Assembly: GCF_964355755.1 (NCBI RefSeq)
Contig: NC_092673.1
Span: 8,308,001-8,372,000, forward strand
Length of the DNA stretch: 64,000 bases
Direction of reading: 5' to 3'
From: Antedon mediterranea
Taxonomy: Eukaryota; Animalia; Echinodermata
The position numbers were made by a program, and so were the translations under genes. Positions 23,349 to 35,393 of this stretch are shown here, piece by piece. The notes beneath the pieces were generated by a model. That model saw only the letters and a program-made list of their open reading frames with translations. It did no database searches and was not told the origin of the DNA. Within the stretch, counting starts at the first letter, position 1, and the number at the start of each line of letters is the position of its first letter.

Positions 23349-23529
23349 GTGTTATTTGTGACAACAGAACTGCAGTTGTATGATCTCCTTGCGACTCATC
23401 AAAATGGAATGACAGCCAATGAAATAGCCAGCAGGAAGGAACTCAATCTGGAGGCAACGGAAAGAATTCTCGACTGCGCTGCTGGATTAAAACTTATTGA
23501 AAAGAAAATTCAATCTGAATCTAAAATTG
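23349..23529 (+). CDS. ASMT: ASMT-family exon 2 (dimerisation domain)
   Basis: VLFVTTELQLYDLL...MTANEIA...ATERILDCAAGLKLI; AG/GT. Confidence 0.92.
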
Positions 23530-23865
23530 GTAAGCAGAATAAATTAATAGGCCTAAGCATAGTTTTTTTTAGTTAAGCATCATTCGACATGTATATTTGA
23601 GTCTTGTGGGACTCCCTTCATAATAAAACCCGTCCTAAGAATGTCGTAATCGCTATGCATGCATCATCGATGTCGTGTATGAGTACGGAGTATGTTACCT
23701 ATTCTTTGTACTGTATCTTCACATTCTGACATTATGATGTGACACAATGTATACAGAATTTTCACGTGATAGGCCTACTGCACAGAATATTATTTATATA
23801 GTACCGAAATCGGCTGGTCACACTTGATCGTAGTTTTAAAAAGTGCAATTTGTTTATTTATTTAG

Positions 23866-24041
23866 CAATTTACAAGAATTACCCAGAAATTGCCACATTT
23901 CTACAATCAAGTACGCCAAATAGCATGGTAGAAACTATCATATGTAATTCCCATGTTACGTACGCTTTGTATCAGAATTTGATGACAACAATCCAAACCG
24001 GTCACAACACAGAAGGTTGCAAACATGCATTTAATTCTGAT
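23866..24041 (+). CDS. ASMT: ASMT-family exon 3
   Basis: AIYKNYPEIATFLQSSTPNSM...YQNLMTTIQTG; phase 1 in, phase 0 out. Confidence 0.9.
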
Positions 24042-24638
24042 GTAAGAAATATTTGATTTTGTTTATTGAAGAGATAATCACGCCAATATCAAGTAGTTAT
24101 AAATGGAGAGAACTAGGACATTTCCTATGTTAATGCATTACGCTATTGGTTAAGAGATAGGAGGTCAAATATTATGACCTTTTAAACATTGTTGACCTCT
24201 TTTATTTTTGTGTGTTGAAAAATATAACGTAATGATAAAAATGTAAACATTTTTTTTTAAATCCTGAAAATCTGAAAAAATTTTAAAATCCTAAAAATCT
24301 GAAAAATTTTAAAATCCTAAAAATCTCAAAAATTTTAGTTGATCTTTTATACATTTTTGAATTTAAAAATAGGTTAAGTAATTTAATTTTGTAAATAAAA
24401 AACATGTCTATGAAAGAAATGAATGGAGAGATATTCGTTCATGTATTAGAGATACCATATTACTTTTAATGAAACTAATCAACCTGTAGATTATAAGATT
24501 AATGGTTAATATTTTTAAAATACATTTCCTTTCGCGGGATATGTATTTAATTAAAATATTTCAAGAAATTTTTATAAGAATTAATAGAAACATTCTTTCT
24601 ACAAATATTTTTACCAGACATATTCTTTTTAAGTAAGA

Positions 24639-25179
24639 TTATTTCAGTGACTTGATGAAATCTTTAATTATATTATCAAACTTTTTGTATACTTCTTCAC
24701 GTTTGTCTGTTAAGTCATTCACACGTGCTTGAATATATCTATAAACAAGATTATTTTCATCAGTATTATATACAGCATTACTAGCTGCTTCAGCTCCTTT
24801 TTCAAAATTACGAATTTCTTGAGTTAGATCGTTAATTTCTTCTTTCAACTTACAAGTTGAACAATCACAAATATTCTCTTTACAATCTATTTATCACTAG
24901 ACATATCTTTTGTTATGTATATAGGATTGATGTAATTTTTTATTATATCATCAAACTTTTTGTATACTTCTTCACGTTCATCTTCTAATTGTTCAATACG
25001 TATGTGAAGATATTTACTAACATGAAAATAATCGTCACTATACATTACAGCATTATCAGCTGCTTCAGCTCCTTTTTCGAAATTTTTCGAATTTCAAGAG
25101 TTAGATATTCAATCTTTTCTTTCAACTTGCAAATTGAACAACCACAAAAAACTTTTTACAAATTTTGTTACCAGCCATC
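24639..25179 (-). pseudogene. Two tandem paralogous small ORFs (Cys cluster plus coiled coil) of the Polinton-type element
   Basis: CKENICDCSTCKLKEEI...FEKGAEAA...KREEVYKKFDNII and CGCSICKLKEKI...FEKGAEAA...EREEVYKKFDDII; frameshifted. Confidence 0.65.
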
Positions 25180-25402
25180 TCTTTTTAAGTAGAGGAAAAA
25201 ATAATTATTTTTTGTGTATATAGAGAGTTAATGAAATTGTTCACAATAAATCCACTAATAAATGTACCAGTAATAAATATTGAATGTATCCTTCTTTTTA
25301 CTTTTCGCTTTATCTTCCTCCGACGGAATTTTAGACTTTAAATTTTCATCAATTTCAGTAATATCTGTCATTTTTTAATAGGGGAATTAAAAAAAAACCA
25401 AT

Positions 25403-28400
25403 TTAGATCTTAATTTCTTTCTTAGGTGCTTTCTTAGTTAAAATCTCTATAACTTTACCATCATCATCAACCCTTGTTTTGGTTTTAATTCTACAATTAC
25501 CATATACATATGTTTTTATTCGATCTTTTGCAATCTTTCGCTTATCATCATTTCCAGATAATACAACCTTATTTATAGTTAACATATAATTCTCATGTTT
25601 GTATGATCTAATTGAAGAGAAGGATTTTAGAATTGATTCTGCATATTTACGTTTCTCTATGAACTCGTTGATACATTCCATATAATCTTCGTGGCTTTAC
25701 CGTTTAGAGATAGATTTATCCTTTTTGGTTTTGATGGAATACATCTTTGACTTCAATCCAACAAATTCATCAATTATTTTACATCCCATTTCATCTTTAA
25801 ACATTCCCACCTATTAATTCCCGTTGGAATTCCAGATGGATGGTCTTTTGGATAATTTGATGTATCGAATTTCGATTCTACATACTCTGAAATATCTTTG
25901 TAAAAATCTTTAGTTTCAATCTCATACATTAGTGAATCTGTATCTGTAAAAAGAAGCTATGCTTTATTCTCATACTTTGGTTTAATGTAATTGCAATGAA
26001 AATCATACATACGATTCTTGCTAAGATCTAAAATACTAAATCCGAGATAGATTGGTTTGTTAAGTACAAGTTTAGTTTTACCCATATGTACTGCTCACAA
26101 ATTCTCATCAAATATCGTTGCATGTTTATAATTTGGTTTTTGAGATAGTTTCTTGAACTGATCCACACTATTTACTAATTTAAGATCAATCCTTTTCCTG
26201 ATATTTTCCATCGCCTTTCCAAAACAACTGTTGTTCATTAACTTGAAGAAATCTTTTTCGAAATCATAGAGCTGTGTTCAAATCAATATATTCTTTCATC
26301 CAAGCACTTTCTTCGAATTTAATACCACTATGGATTTTAGTTGTTTCAAACCCAAACTTTCATACAATTTTAATGTTTCAAGATGGACTACATATTTCTT
26401 CTTATTGAGTAAATTTGGGATTAATTTCTTTACCTTATCTATCTCAATATGTTCTGGCGCTAGCGGATACTCATTATGTGGTTAATGCAATTCCTTTAGA
26501 TAATCTAAATTTACTACAAAAATAGCTGGATAAGTTCTCCAATATTCTCTAATTCTCTATTAGTCATCCAACTGAATCCATGGGTTGGAAGTTCTTTTGA
26601 CATACCCCCACCATACAAATTATTTGAATCTAAATGTACTAGATATGTTTCAGGTTTACTTTTATCAAAATCATCCATATAATGATTGTTTGCTTTCGCA
26701 TACCTTTTCGAAATTTGCGAGATTCCAACTCGTCTTCCTTCTTCAACCGTTAAATACTTATCAAGATCACTTAGAAGTTCTAATTTAATTTTAGTCAATT
26801 TCAAACAAGATAGACCTGTGCTGTATAATAATAGCTTGTATCTAATTTATAATGTTCTAAACATACCTTCTTAAAGTTGTTCCAAACATCAGCTAGGAGA
26901 AGAACGTCCAGTTTGAGATATAGATCGTGATAGTCCTTCATAGTCTTGTATCCGAACGCTTTCCAAACTTGTTGTGCGTGTTCATAATCCTCATCTGTAA
27001 TATCCTTCTTAGTTAATGTTGAATAGAAAGCTTCTTTTGGTGGTAGTTGAGTTTCCTTAAACTTATCGAAACTATTCATATATTCATATGGATATACACC
27101 TTTTCGCATTACAAGGGATGTATCTGGAAAGTATTTTTTGGTTTCAATTAAATATTCATCTGTAGACCCATTCTCTGTTAAATTATCTTCAGGTTTATCC
27201 AAACTAGAACTCATTAAATTCAACGAATCTAAAAATCTGATATTATGATTGACATATTCCACCTCTCCGCTCTTCTTATCAAATTTAGTACCTGTTAATG
27301 TTGATTTTGAAAAAGAGGTATATTTTTCCTCATTCTGTGGAAATACTGTAATTTTTCTTTCATCAATTTCACCCAATTTCTTGATGAAAAAATGTGCATC
27401 ATATCCACCCAATTTCTTGATGAAAAGATGTGCATCATATCCAGCTAAATTGTGAAATAAAGTAGGTGTAAAATTAGATTTAGAATTCTTGAAATTACAA
27501 TCTGAATGTGCAGCTCCTCGAAACTTACCTGTAAAATGATCATGATCTCGAACCTTTCATTTGTTTTTCATGATTTTTTCTTCTTTAATATCTTTAGGTT
27601 CTTCCTCATCTTCTTCTCCTTCATTCTTTGGTCCAAATTCAACTTTCTTCTTTGAAAGTAATTCTTCTTTACATTTCTTATGTATACAACCACCAAAATA
27701 TTCAATCTTCTTTTAGTTTTACATTTTTTAGTGCACCACCAACATTTAGTTCCATTTTCATCATTGCATGCGAATCCATAACGACACAACCATTAGATTC
27801 TTTATATACTTTCTTATCCTCATCCATCATTATTATTGGTTTTGGTTCTGCGAATATATTATTAAATTAGAATTAGCTTCAGCAAATTTTTCAGCTATAT
27901 CATCATCTTCAGAATCTGCAGTTATAATTATTGGTTCACAATCAAATTCAATTCCAGGGGAAGTTATTGGATAAAATAAAATACAAACACCACAAGGTAC
28001 ATGTAATTGAGTTTTTGTAGTTGATGATTTTTTAGGATCTGGCATACAAGTTTTTATTGGAATGGTCATACATTTAAAGTCAGCTATAATATTAAGTGGA
28101 TGGTTATTAATATTCTTATAATTCTTAAATTTTAAATACAAGTTACAACTGGTTCATGTTTACTACAATATTCTGAATGGTTTGATAGTCTGTGAGGCTT
28201 TTGGAATGTTTCCATACAGTTATAGCATACATATACTTTCCCATTATGTTTAGATTTTGAGCAGATATTAAACATGACATATCCTGTAATGTTTTTTCTA
28301 TCCATTGTTAAGTAATAGGAGATTAATTACTTTTTCTTTGTATAATTCTGTTTTTACAACAACTCTTAAAGGATGAATAAGACCATCTCGATATCCAAAT

Positions 28401-29548
28401 ACATTGATTTTTTTTACCAGGATTGTTTTTCTCAAACAATGCAATATATTTGAATGTTGTTACATCCTCATGATCCCTCTCGAATACATGTTTCTCAATT
28501 TGTTTGTCTTTACTAATACGTTCAGGATGCTCAATTTTTAAAATATAATTATCAGTTATGGTAACACACCACAAGAAACAATTATTATCATTATTTTTAG
28601 GGTTTATTATAGCATGCTTAACAGCTAATTCTTTAGGAAGTGGAAAATATGAACTTCCTCCAATTGGATTATGACTAGTAAAATGAACTTCTGAACTTAA
28701 AACTTCCTTGAAAGTCCATCCAGATCCTTTTAATAGAACTTTCTCATAACTTTCTAAAATCTTTCTAACCATTATATATCTCATCAAGATCGGTATTAGA
28801 ATAATAGGTTTCGATATCACTATAAAACTCACGGTTTTCCATTTCACCTTCCTTTTCCATACTTGCTATTAAAAAAATCTTAGCTTTAGTATCTCGATTT
28901 CTATCCATTAAATCAATAGTAGTTTCCTAGCTATAACTTCTAAATAGGTTGGTATATCGATTTTAGGTCTACCAGGAATTATATGATGACTATGAAATCC
29001 TCGGAATGATGATTAGAATTCTTCAAATGCATAATCTTCAAGTTCTTTTCTTAACTTGTTAATTCTAATATTATGATGTTTAATTTCAAGTTCTTTTCTA
29101 ACATCCTTCATCATAGCTTTATGCTGTTTTCTTACCTATTTGATTTCAAGTTCTTTTTTAACATCCCTCATCCTATCTTTATGCTGTTGTTTTAACTCCT
29201 CTGTTTTTCTTTTAGTTTCTGTTTCCATCCTTCTAACCTCATTTTTGTGTCTTGCTTCTAATCGCTTCCGTTCCTCTGCTTTCCTATTACTTTCTGCTTT
29301 CATTCTTCGGATCTCGTTTCTAAGTATGTTTTCCAAACGTTTTTGTTCCTCCGCTATCCATGCTTCTCCAACTTTTTAGATCTAATCTTAAAGTTTTTAG
29401 ATATTGCTTCATTCATTTTAAAAACCTCACCTACTATCTCATCTCTGGTAATAGTAGGATCTCCATAGATCATACGTGAAACCTTTTGCTTTACAGCGGT
29501 AAAACTGCTTTGCAAATATTTATTAAAAGATTGAAATACAGAAGACAT
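25403..29548 (-). pseudogene. Protein-primed family B DNA polymerase (pPolB) with embedded endonuclease VII domain, fragmented
   Basis: GSGW...GGSSYFPLPK...IINPKNNDNNCFLW; ExoI IIADF; RDHDHFTGKFRGAAHSDCN; ExoII FHNLAGYD; RKGVYPYEY; ExoIII YLKLDVLLL; motif A LDSNNLYG; motif B FFKLMNNSCFGK; motif C FTDTDSL; DDKR. Many stops and frameshifts. Confidence 0.95.
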
Positions 29549-29636
29549 GTTTTTTATTTAGTAATATTTTTTCTTAACTCAAACAATTTAAATTCAAAAA
29601 TTTCTGAAAAATCTAGAAACCGGTTTTAAGCAATAG

Positions 29637-30781
29637 GGTTGGTGAACATCAGTCTAAAATACGCAGCATTTTTTCCAAAATACGTCAAGTTGAAGGCGCT
29701 ATACTAATCCAAAATACGCAAGTCTTTCCAAAATACGTCATGTTGAGGGCGCTAATCATTTTCCAAAATACGCGAATTGTCCAAAATACGTCAACTTGAG
29801 GGCGCTATTCATTTCCAAAATACTCGATTTGTCCAAAATACGTCAACTCGAGGGCGCTATTCATTTCCAAAATACGCGATTTGTCCAAAATACGTCAAAT
29901 TTTCGGGCGCTAGTAATTTTCTAATATACGTCAACTTGAGGCCACTATTAATTTTCAAAAATTGGAAAATTATCAAACTATTGTTTGCTATCAGTCCAAA
30001 ATACACAGAATTTTTCAAAAATACGTCAACTTGAGGGCGCTATACTAAATACAAATTACGCGAGTTTTGGGGCACTTGTTCCAAAATACTTTAACTTGAG
30101 TATTAATTTTCTAAAAATAGGAAAATTATCCAACTTAAAACAACTTTTGTAGCGCTATTAATTTTCTACAATAGAAGGTTATCCGACATACCCTCTAACT
30201 TGAAGGCACAGTTTTCCAAAATACGCAAATTTTCCACAAAATATTCGAACCTTAAAAACGCGAGGCTGTTTTCAAAAATACTATAAAGGATTGTATCTTC
30301 AACATTGAAAAGGAGAACCATTTTGGTAAGTTTAAAGTTCAGTTTGTATCATATTAGATAATAGTTCTTGTAGTAGTCTCATTGGCAATACATTGTTGTA
30401 TGTTAGGAAAGGCTCTTGTATTTTGGAAAAAAGTTTGCCGCCCTCAAGTTGACGTATTTTGGAAAATTACTAGCGGACCCAAATTGACGTATTTTGGACA
30501 AATCGCGTATTTTGAAAAATGAATAGCGCCCTTAATTTGACGTATTTTGGACAATTCACGTATTTTGGATAATTTATAGCGCCCTCAAGTTGACGTATTT
30601 TGGAAAATTACAAGCGGTTCCAAATTGATGTATTTTGGACAAATCGCGTATTTTGGAAAATGAATAGCGCCCTTAATTTGACGTATTTTGGACAATTCAC
30701 GTATTTTGGATTAGTATAGCGCCCTCAAGTTGACGTATTATGGAAAAAATTCTGCGTATTTTGGACTGATGTTCACCAACC
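29637..30781. repeat. Palindromically arranged arrays of ~52-bp repeats inside the Polinton-type element
   Basis: Unit CCAAAATACGTCAACTTGAGGGCGCTATTCATTTCCAAAATACGCGATTTGT direct in ~29640-30060 and inverted in ~30420-30780; outer ends GGTTGGTGAACATCAGT / ACTGATGTTCACCAACC. Confidence 0.92.
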
Positions 30782-31186
30782 AGACTCGTTTTAAGGGTTT
30801 CTAGATTAAATATACATTTTTTTTTAATATAATTTTTTATATAGTAAGTATCTAATGTTTCCTGTAAACATGTCGTTTGAGACATCGAGGATAAGCTGAT
30901 CTAAAGTTACACTCGGTACAGATAAATGGACGTTGTTTTGCATATGTATAAAATAAAAAATAAAAAACAAATCATACAAATTCCTGACAAATAAAATTTC
31001 TTTGGAGGATCCCCATCCGTTGTCGTTCTGTCGCGGTCCCAGGTCCCTACCTAGGTGACCAAACACTTGCCTTGCCACAGACGACCGGGTGCTCAGAGAC
31101 AACAACCAAGACAGAGGTACCCCAAAGAAAATGCTGGTCAGGAAAAAGTATACTATACAATTATAAGTCTAGAACTTTAAGAAACC

Positions 31187-33360
31187 TCATGATTTCCATA
31201 AGAATAAATGTGTTTTTAATAATTTTTTAAAAGTATCAACAGTTTTGCAAAATCTTATAGAGCTCGGTAGAGCATTCCATAGACGAGGAGCAGTAACGGT
31301 GAAAGCTCTGTTTCCCCATGAGTGATGAGACTTAGGCTGATGAAGAAGCAGCGTATCGTCCGGGAACATAAAGCCTAAGCATGTCAGAAATATATTCAGG
31401 AGCCATGCCATTTATAGACTTAAATACAAAGAGTAATATTTTAAAAACAATGCGGTACCTAACAGGAAGCCAATGCAATGTTTCCAAGGTATTTGATATA
31501 TGTCCATATCTTGGTAATTTTTTAACAACTCGTGCCGCTGTATTTTGAATCAGCTAAAGCCTGTGGAGTTGTTTTTGTGGTAGCCCATATAGCAATTAGT
31601 TTCCCATATCCAGTCGTGAAGTGACAAAAGCATGAACAAGTTGTTTAGCTGCTGCCTCATTAATAAACTTACGAATCCTTCGGATGTTTCGTAAGTGAAA
31701 AGACGACGTAGAAATAGTTTTTGAGATACTAGAAATCATAGTCATACCCGCATCCATTTCAACCCCAAGATTTCTTACTTGCCTAGCCAGGTCTATTTGG
31801 GTTTCACCAATGTAAATAAAACTTGGTGGCAGTTTTTCCAACTGCTGCTTTGATCCAAAGAGACTATATTCTGTTTATTCATCGTTTAATTTAAGAAAGT
31901 TGTTTTTCATCCAGACACGCAATTCATAGATACAATGTTGGAGCAATTCCAAAGAAATATCACTGTGTGTCATTGTAGGTTTAAAAGAAATATAAAGCTG
32001 AGTATCATCAGCGTAAACATGATAGTACAGATCATATTTACTAATGATATCCCGTATCGGGTGTAAATAAATTGTGAACCATTGCGGCCCAAGAACAGAT
32101 CCTTGTGGTACCGAAAAGTTTAAAAAAGAAGCTTTTGAGATAGCATCAACAATACATACGTGTTGAGGCCTGTTTTCCAAATATGACCGACACCAATCAA
32201 GTGCTTTTCCTTCAATACGTAGGCCTACTGAGTCTATTTCTATTTAACAATTATAGGGAGAATTTTTGACAATATTAAAAATTTTCTCCTCACTTGCAGG
32301 TTCGAACTGACAAAATTGTATAGGCCTAGACCTAGTTAAACCATAAGATATATTACATTTATCAGAAGCAGTTGTAACTTCTGCGGTATTTTCATTTTCT
32401 AGTGAATCACGAATTGATTTAATATTATTTATAAAAAACACTGATGACTTGGAACGATGTAAAAGTTTATTTACTAAATCGAAAAGTTTCTTTTGATCAC
32501 CTGTGCAGTCACTAACCAGACTAGAGTAATACCGCGTCTTGGCCTTTTCAATCAGTTCATTTACAATACATCTTTGGTCACAGTATTCCTGTCTATCCTT
32601 AAGAAGCTTTGATTTCATCCACTTACGTTCAAGTTGACGACGTAATTTCCTTTCACATCGAATTTTATTTGTATACCACGGTTTAGCTTACTTTTGCCTC
32701 ATTGTTTTTTTTCTGAACTGGTGCATGTAAATCAAGTACAGCCATGAGGTGAGAATAGTTTTCTACACTATCTTCAAGAGTCACACTTACATCCGTTATG
32801 TTAGACACACAAGCTTGAATGTCATTTGTGAATTTCTCCATATAAATTTGTTTTAAGTTGCGACTTTTTCTTACAGTTTTATGGGTTGTGAGCCGTTTAA
32901 GATCAAACTTGCAAAATATGGCAAAATGATCTGACAGGCCAGGGTGTATCTTAACATCCGGGAGCAGTAGATCATCTCTAGTGATGATAAGGTCAAGGCA
33001 GTGGCCACTACAGTGTGTGGGTTCATTTATATGCTGCTGGAGACCAAACGATCTAAGCATGTGTCTTAAATCTATTTGCTGCCACATTTTTAGTATTATC
33101 CATATGGATATTAAAGTCTCCACAAAAAACAATTTCAGACCAAAAGAGAATATAGTCAAACAACATTTTTTCAAAATCATTGAGGAATTCTGTAACAGAC
33201 AAGGTAGGTGGTCGATATATGTTAACTAAACGAAGAAATTTCGAGTTAGACGTAATCTGCACATGTATAGCCTCAAATGATGCATATATGTACATCAGTT
33301 TTCATGTTTACAACTAAGCTAGACTTATACAGAATTACAACACCACCTCCTGTTTTTTCC
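31187..33360 (-). mobile_element. L2-clade LINE ORF2 (APE-RT), internally deleted, nested in the Polinton-type element
   Basis: GGGV, NIYRPP, CGDFNIH, PTH..GH.LDL, SDH; VPQGSVLGP, YADDTQLY; RAF..TAPRLWNALP...FKKLLKTHLF. Confidence 0.92.
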
Positions 33361-33673
33361 AAGTCACCATTAGGCCTATATCAATTTTCCTTAAAATCAA
33401 TGGCAATAATTCAGGACGTTAATTTAAAACTTGTGGACGCTAACATTCAAAGCATGTACTATACTTGGAAAAAGTATTGTGCCAATTAATTAAAGAACAA
33501 TTTTTGCATCATTATCAATATTAATTATACTAAATAACCTTAATAAGGGAAAAATTTCAATCTAAAATTTTGTTTAGCAATAGGCCTAACTAATTTTGTG
33601 TCATCATGTTTTATTTTTGCACAATTAATTTTCTTAACTCAATCAATTTAAATTCAAAAATTTCTAAAAAAAT

Positions 33674-34064
33674 CTAGAAACCGAACAAATAAGTGTTGAT
33701 ATGCTTATTATTAAGTAAATGTTTATCATATTTTTCTTTTACATCAGTTCCATAATGACATGATTCACAATAATATTTTTTACTTTTTGTAGTATCTGTA
33801 CTTTCATGTAACTTTAACTTTATACTCATCACTAGCTGCATAATAGCAATATTTGCATTCGAAAGGTCTGCTTACATAGTCAGGATGTTTTGGATAACCA
33901 AATATCTCGTTGGCTTCACATTTTACAATATACCTATTTTCAACTATACAAAGACTTGCACCTTTCAATTGCTTAGGTGTTATTTTTTCTTCACTTGTAT
34001 AGTTTAAATGCTTCTTACTACGTAGATGTCTATTATAATATACTTTATTTTTCAATATAGACAT
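33674..34064 (-). pseudogene. C2H2 zinc-finger ORF at the right end of the Polinton-type element
   Basis: YNRHLRSKKH, FECKYCYY and YYCESCHYGTDVKKKYDKHLLNNKH; internal stop; ATG lies in the TIR-proximal motif AAATAAAAAACATG. Confidence 0.7.
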
Positions 34065-34429
34065 GTTTTTTATTTTCAAACCCATTTTTAAATTCAAAAA
34101 TTTATAAAAGATCAACTAAAATTTTTCAGATTTTCAGGATTTTAAAATTTTTCAGATTTTCAGGATTTTAAAATTTTTCAGATTTTCAGGATTTTAACAT
34201 TTTTCAGATTTTCAGAATTGAAAAAATTTTTTAAATTCTTATCATTACGTCATATTTTTTTTTTTTTTAAAGGGTCAACAGACAGAAATAAAAGAAGTCA
34301 ACATTTTTTAAAAGGTCATAATATTTGACCTCCTATCTCTTAACCATTATTAGCGTAATTAATTAACATAGGAAATGTCCTAGTTCTCTCCCTTTATAAC
34401 TAATTATCATATCATATCATATCATATCG

Positions 34430-34688
34430 AGGGCGCGTGGACGCTCTGGATTACCGATCGCGAGGTCGTACTGGTTCGAATTCAACTCTCGCCGCATTGC
34501 TTGTATCCTTCGGCAAGGCACTTGCTTTTGCCTCTTCCCCACCCAGGCGTATAATAATATGGGTACCCGGTTAGATCAAGAAACAATTTTGCGCTGATTA
34601 ATAGCTGCATTATTATGGAAGTATATTTCCATGTCTTTGATCCAAAAATGCCCTTGAGCATTCATGAAAAGGACGCTATATAAATCTG

Positions 34689-34720
<32 letters not shown>
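34430..34720 (+). mobile_element. tRNA-derived SINE with conserved central domain and L2-type tail
   Basis: B-box GGTTCGAATT, TCCTTCGGCAAGGCACTT...CCACCCAGG...ATGGGTACC, tail CGCTATATAAAT..(TAT)n. Confidence 0.75.
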
Positions 34721-34721
<1 letters not shown>

Positions 34722-35124
34722 GTATCGTTAGTGTTATTATTATTATTATTATTATATGTTAGTTTTCTTTCAAAATCTATGTAAAAGTTATTTAGGTATA
34801 AATATATACAATAATTTTAAATTCCATTAAGAATTACATATTTACACTGTATATAACAATCAAGTAAGTTTGGCATGCAATAATGACTTTACATTTAGCA
34901 GTTAAATGTATTATTAACCTTCAATTAATTATTATTTGAAAACCGCGTGAATAACGACCATCGTGGTCGCGATATGCACAGTGAATTTCAGTCTGACCAT
35001 TAAGAACTGAAAAGAGGAGGAGTACTTTATGCGAACCTCTATTCTGCTTTTATACATTGTTTGTATCTGTTCTTCCACCACAAAGCCAATTTTAACTGAA
35101 TACTCATTTTCCATTCTGTTTTAG

Positions 35125-35281
35125 TTGACCTTGGAGAAGAGATTTCAAAGTATGTATGAATCAAATAAAGAGTACTCGGCAATATTTCTAAAGGGTATGC
35201 ACCAGTTATCGTCCATTACCTCACCAGGAGTTGCAAAAACATTTGACCTTTCACCTTTTTGTGAGATATGCGATTTAGGAG
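35125..35281 (+). CDS. ASMT: ASMT-family exon 4
   Basis: FQSMY...FLKGMH...VAKTFDLSPFCEICDLGG (SAM-binding motif I, first half). Confidence 0.93.
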
Positions 35282-35393
35282 GTAATTTGTTGATATCTAA
35301 TGAAAATGTGAGATGTTTTAACAATTTTTCGCTATGGGACAACAATCTAATTGTTGTGTCAGGTTCAAAGCTACATTATTCTTTATTATACAG

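Larger units (their letters stand above)
24092..34404. mobile_element. Polinton/Maverick-type element, decayed, in ASMT intron 3
   Basis: 5' terminus AGTAGTTATAAA, 3' terminus TTTATAACTAAT; ~320-bp TIRs (24092-~24410, ~34058-34404) containing 26-27 bp tandem repeats; TATCA at 24087-24091 and 34405-34409; internal pPolB. Confidence 0.9.

Noticed and set aside
29637-30781. CRISPR-like reading of the 52-bp array
   Set aside because: Sequences between boxes are themselves repeated rather than unique spacers, and the two halves are inverted.
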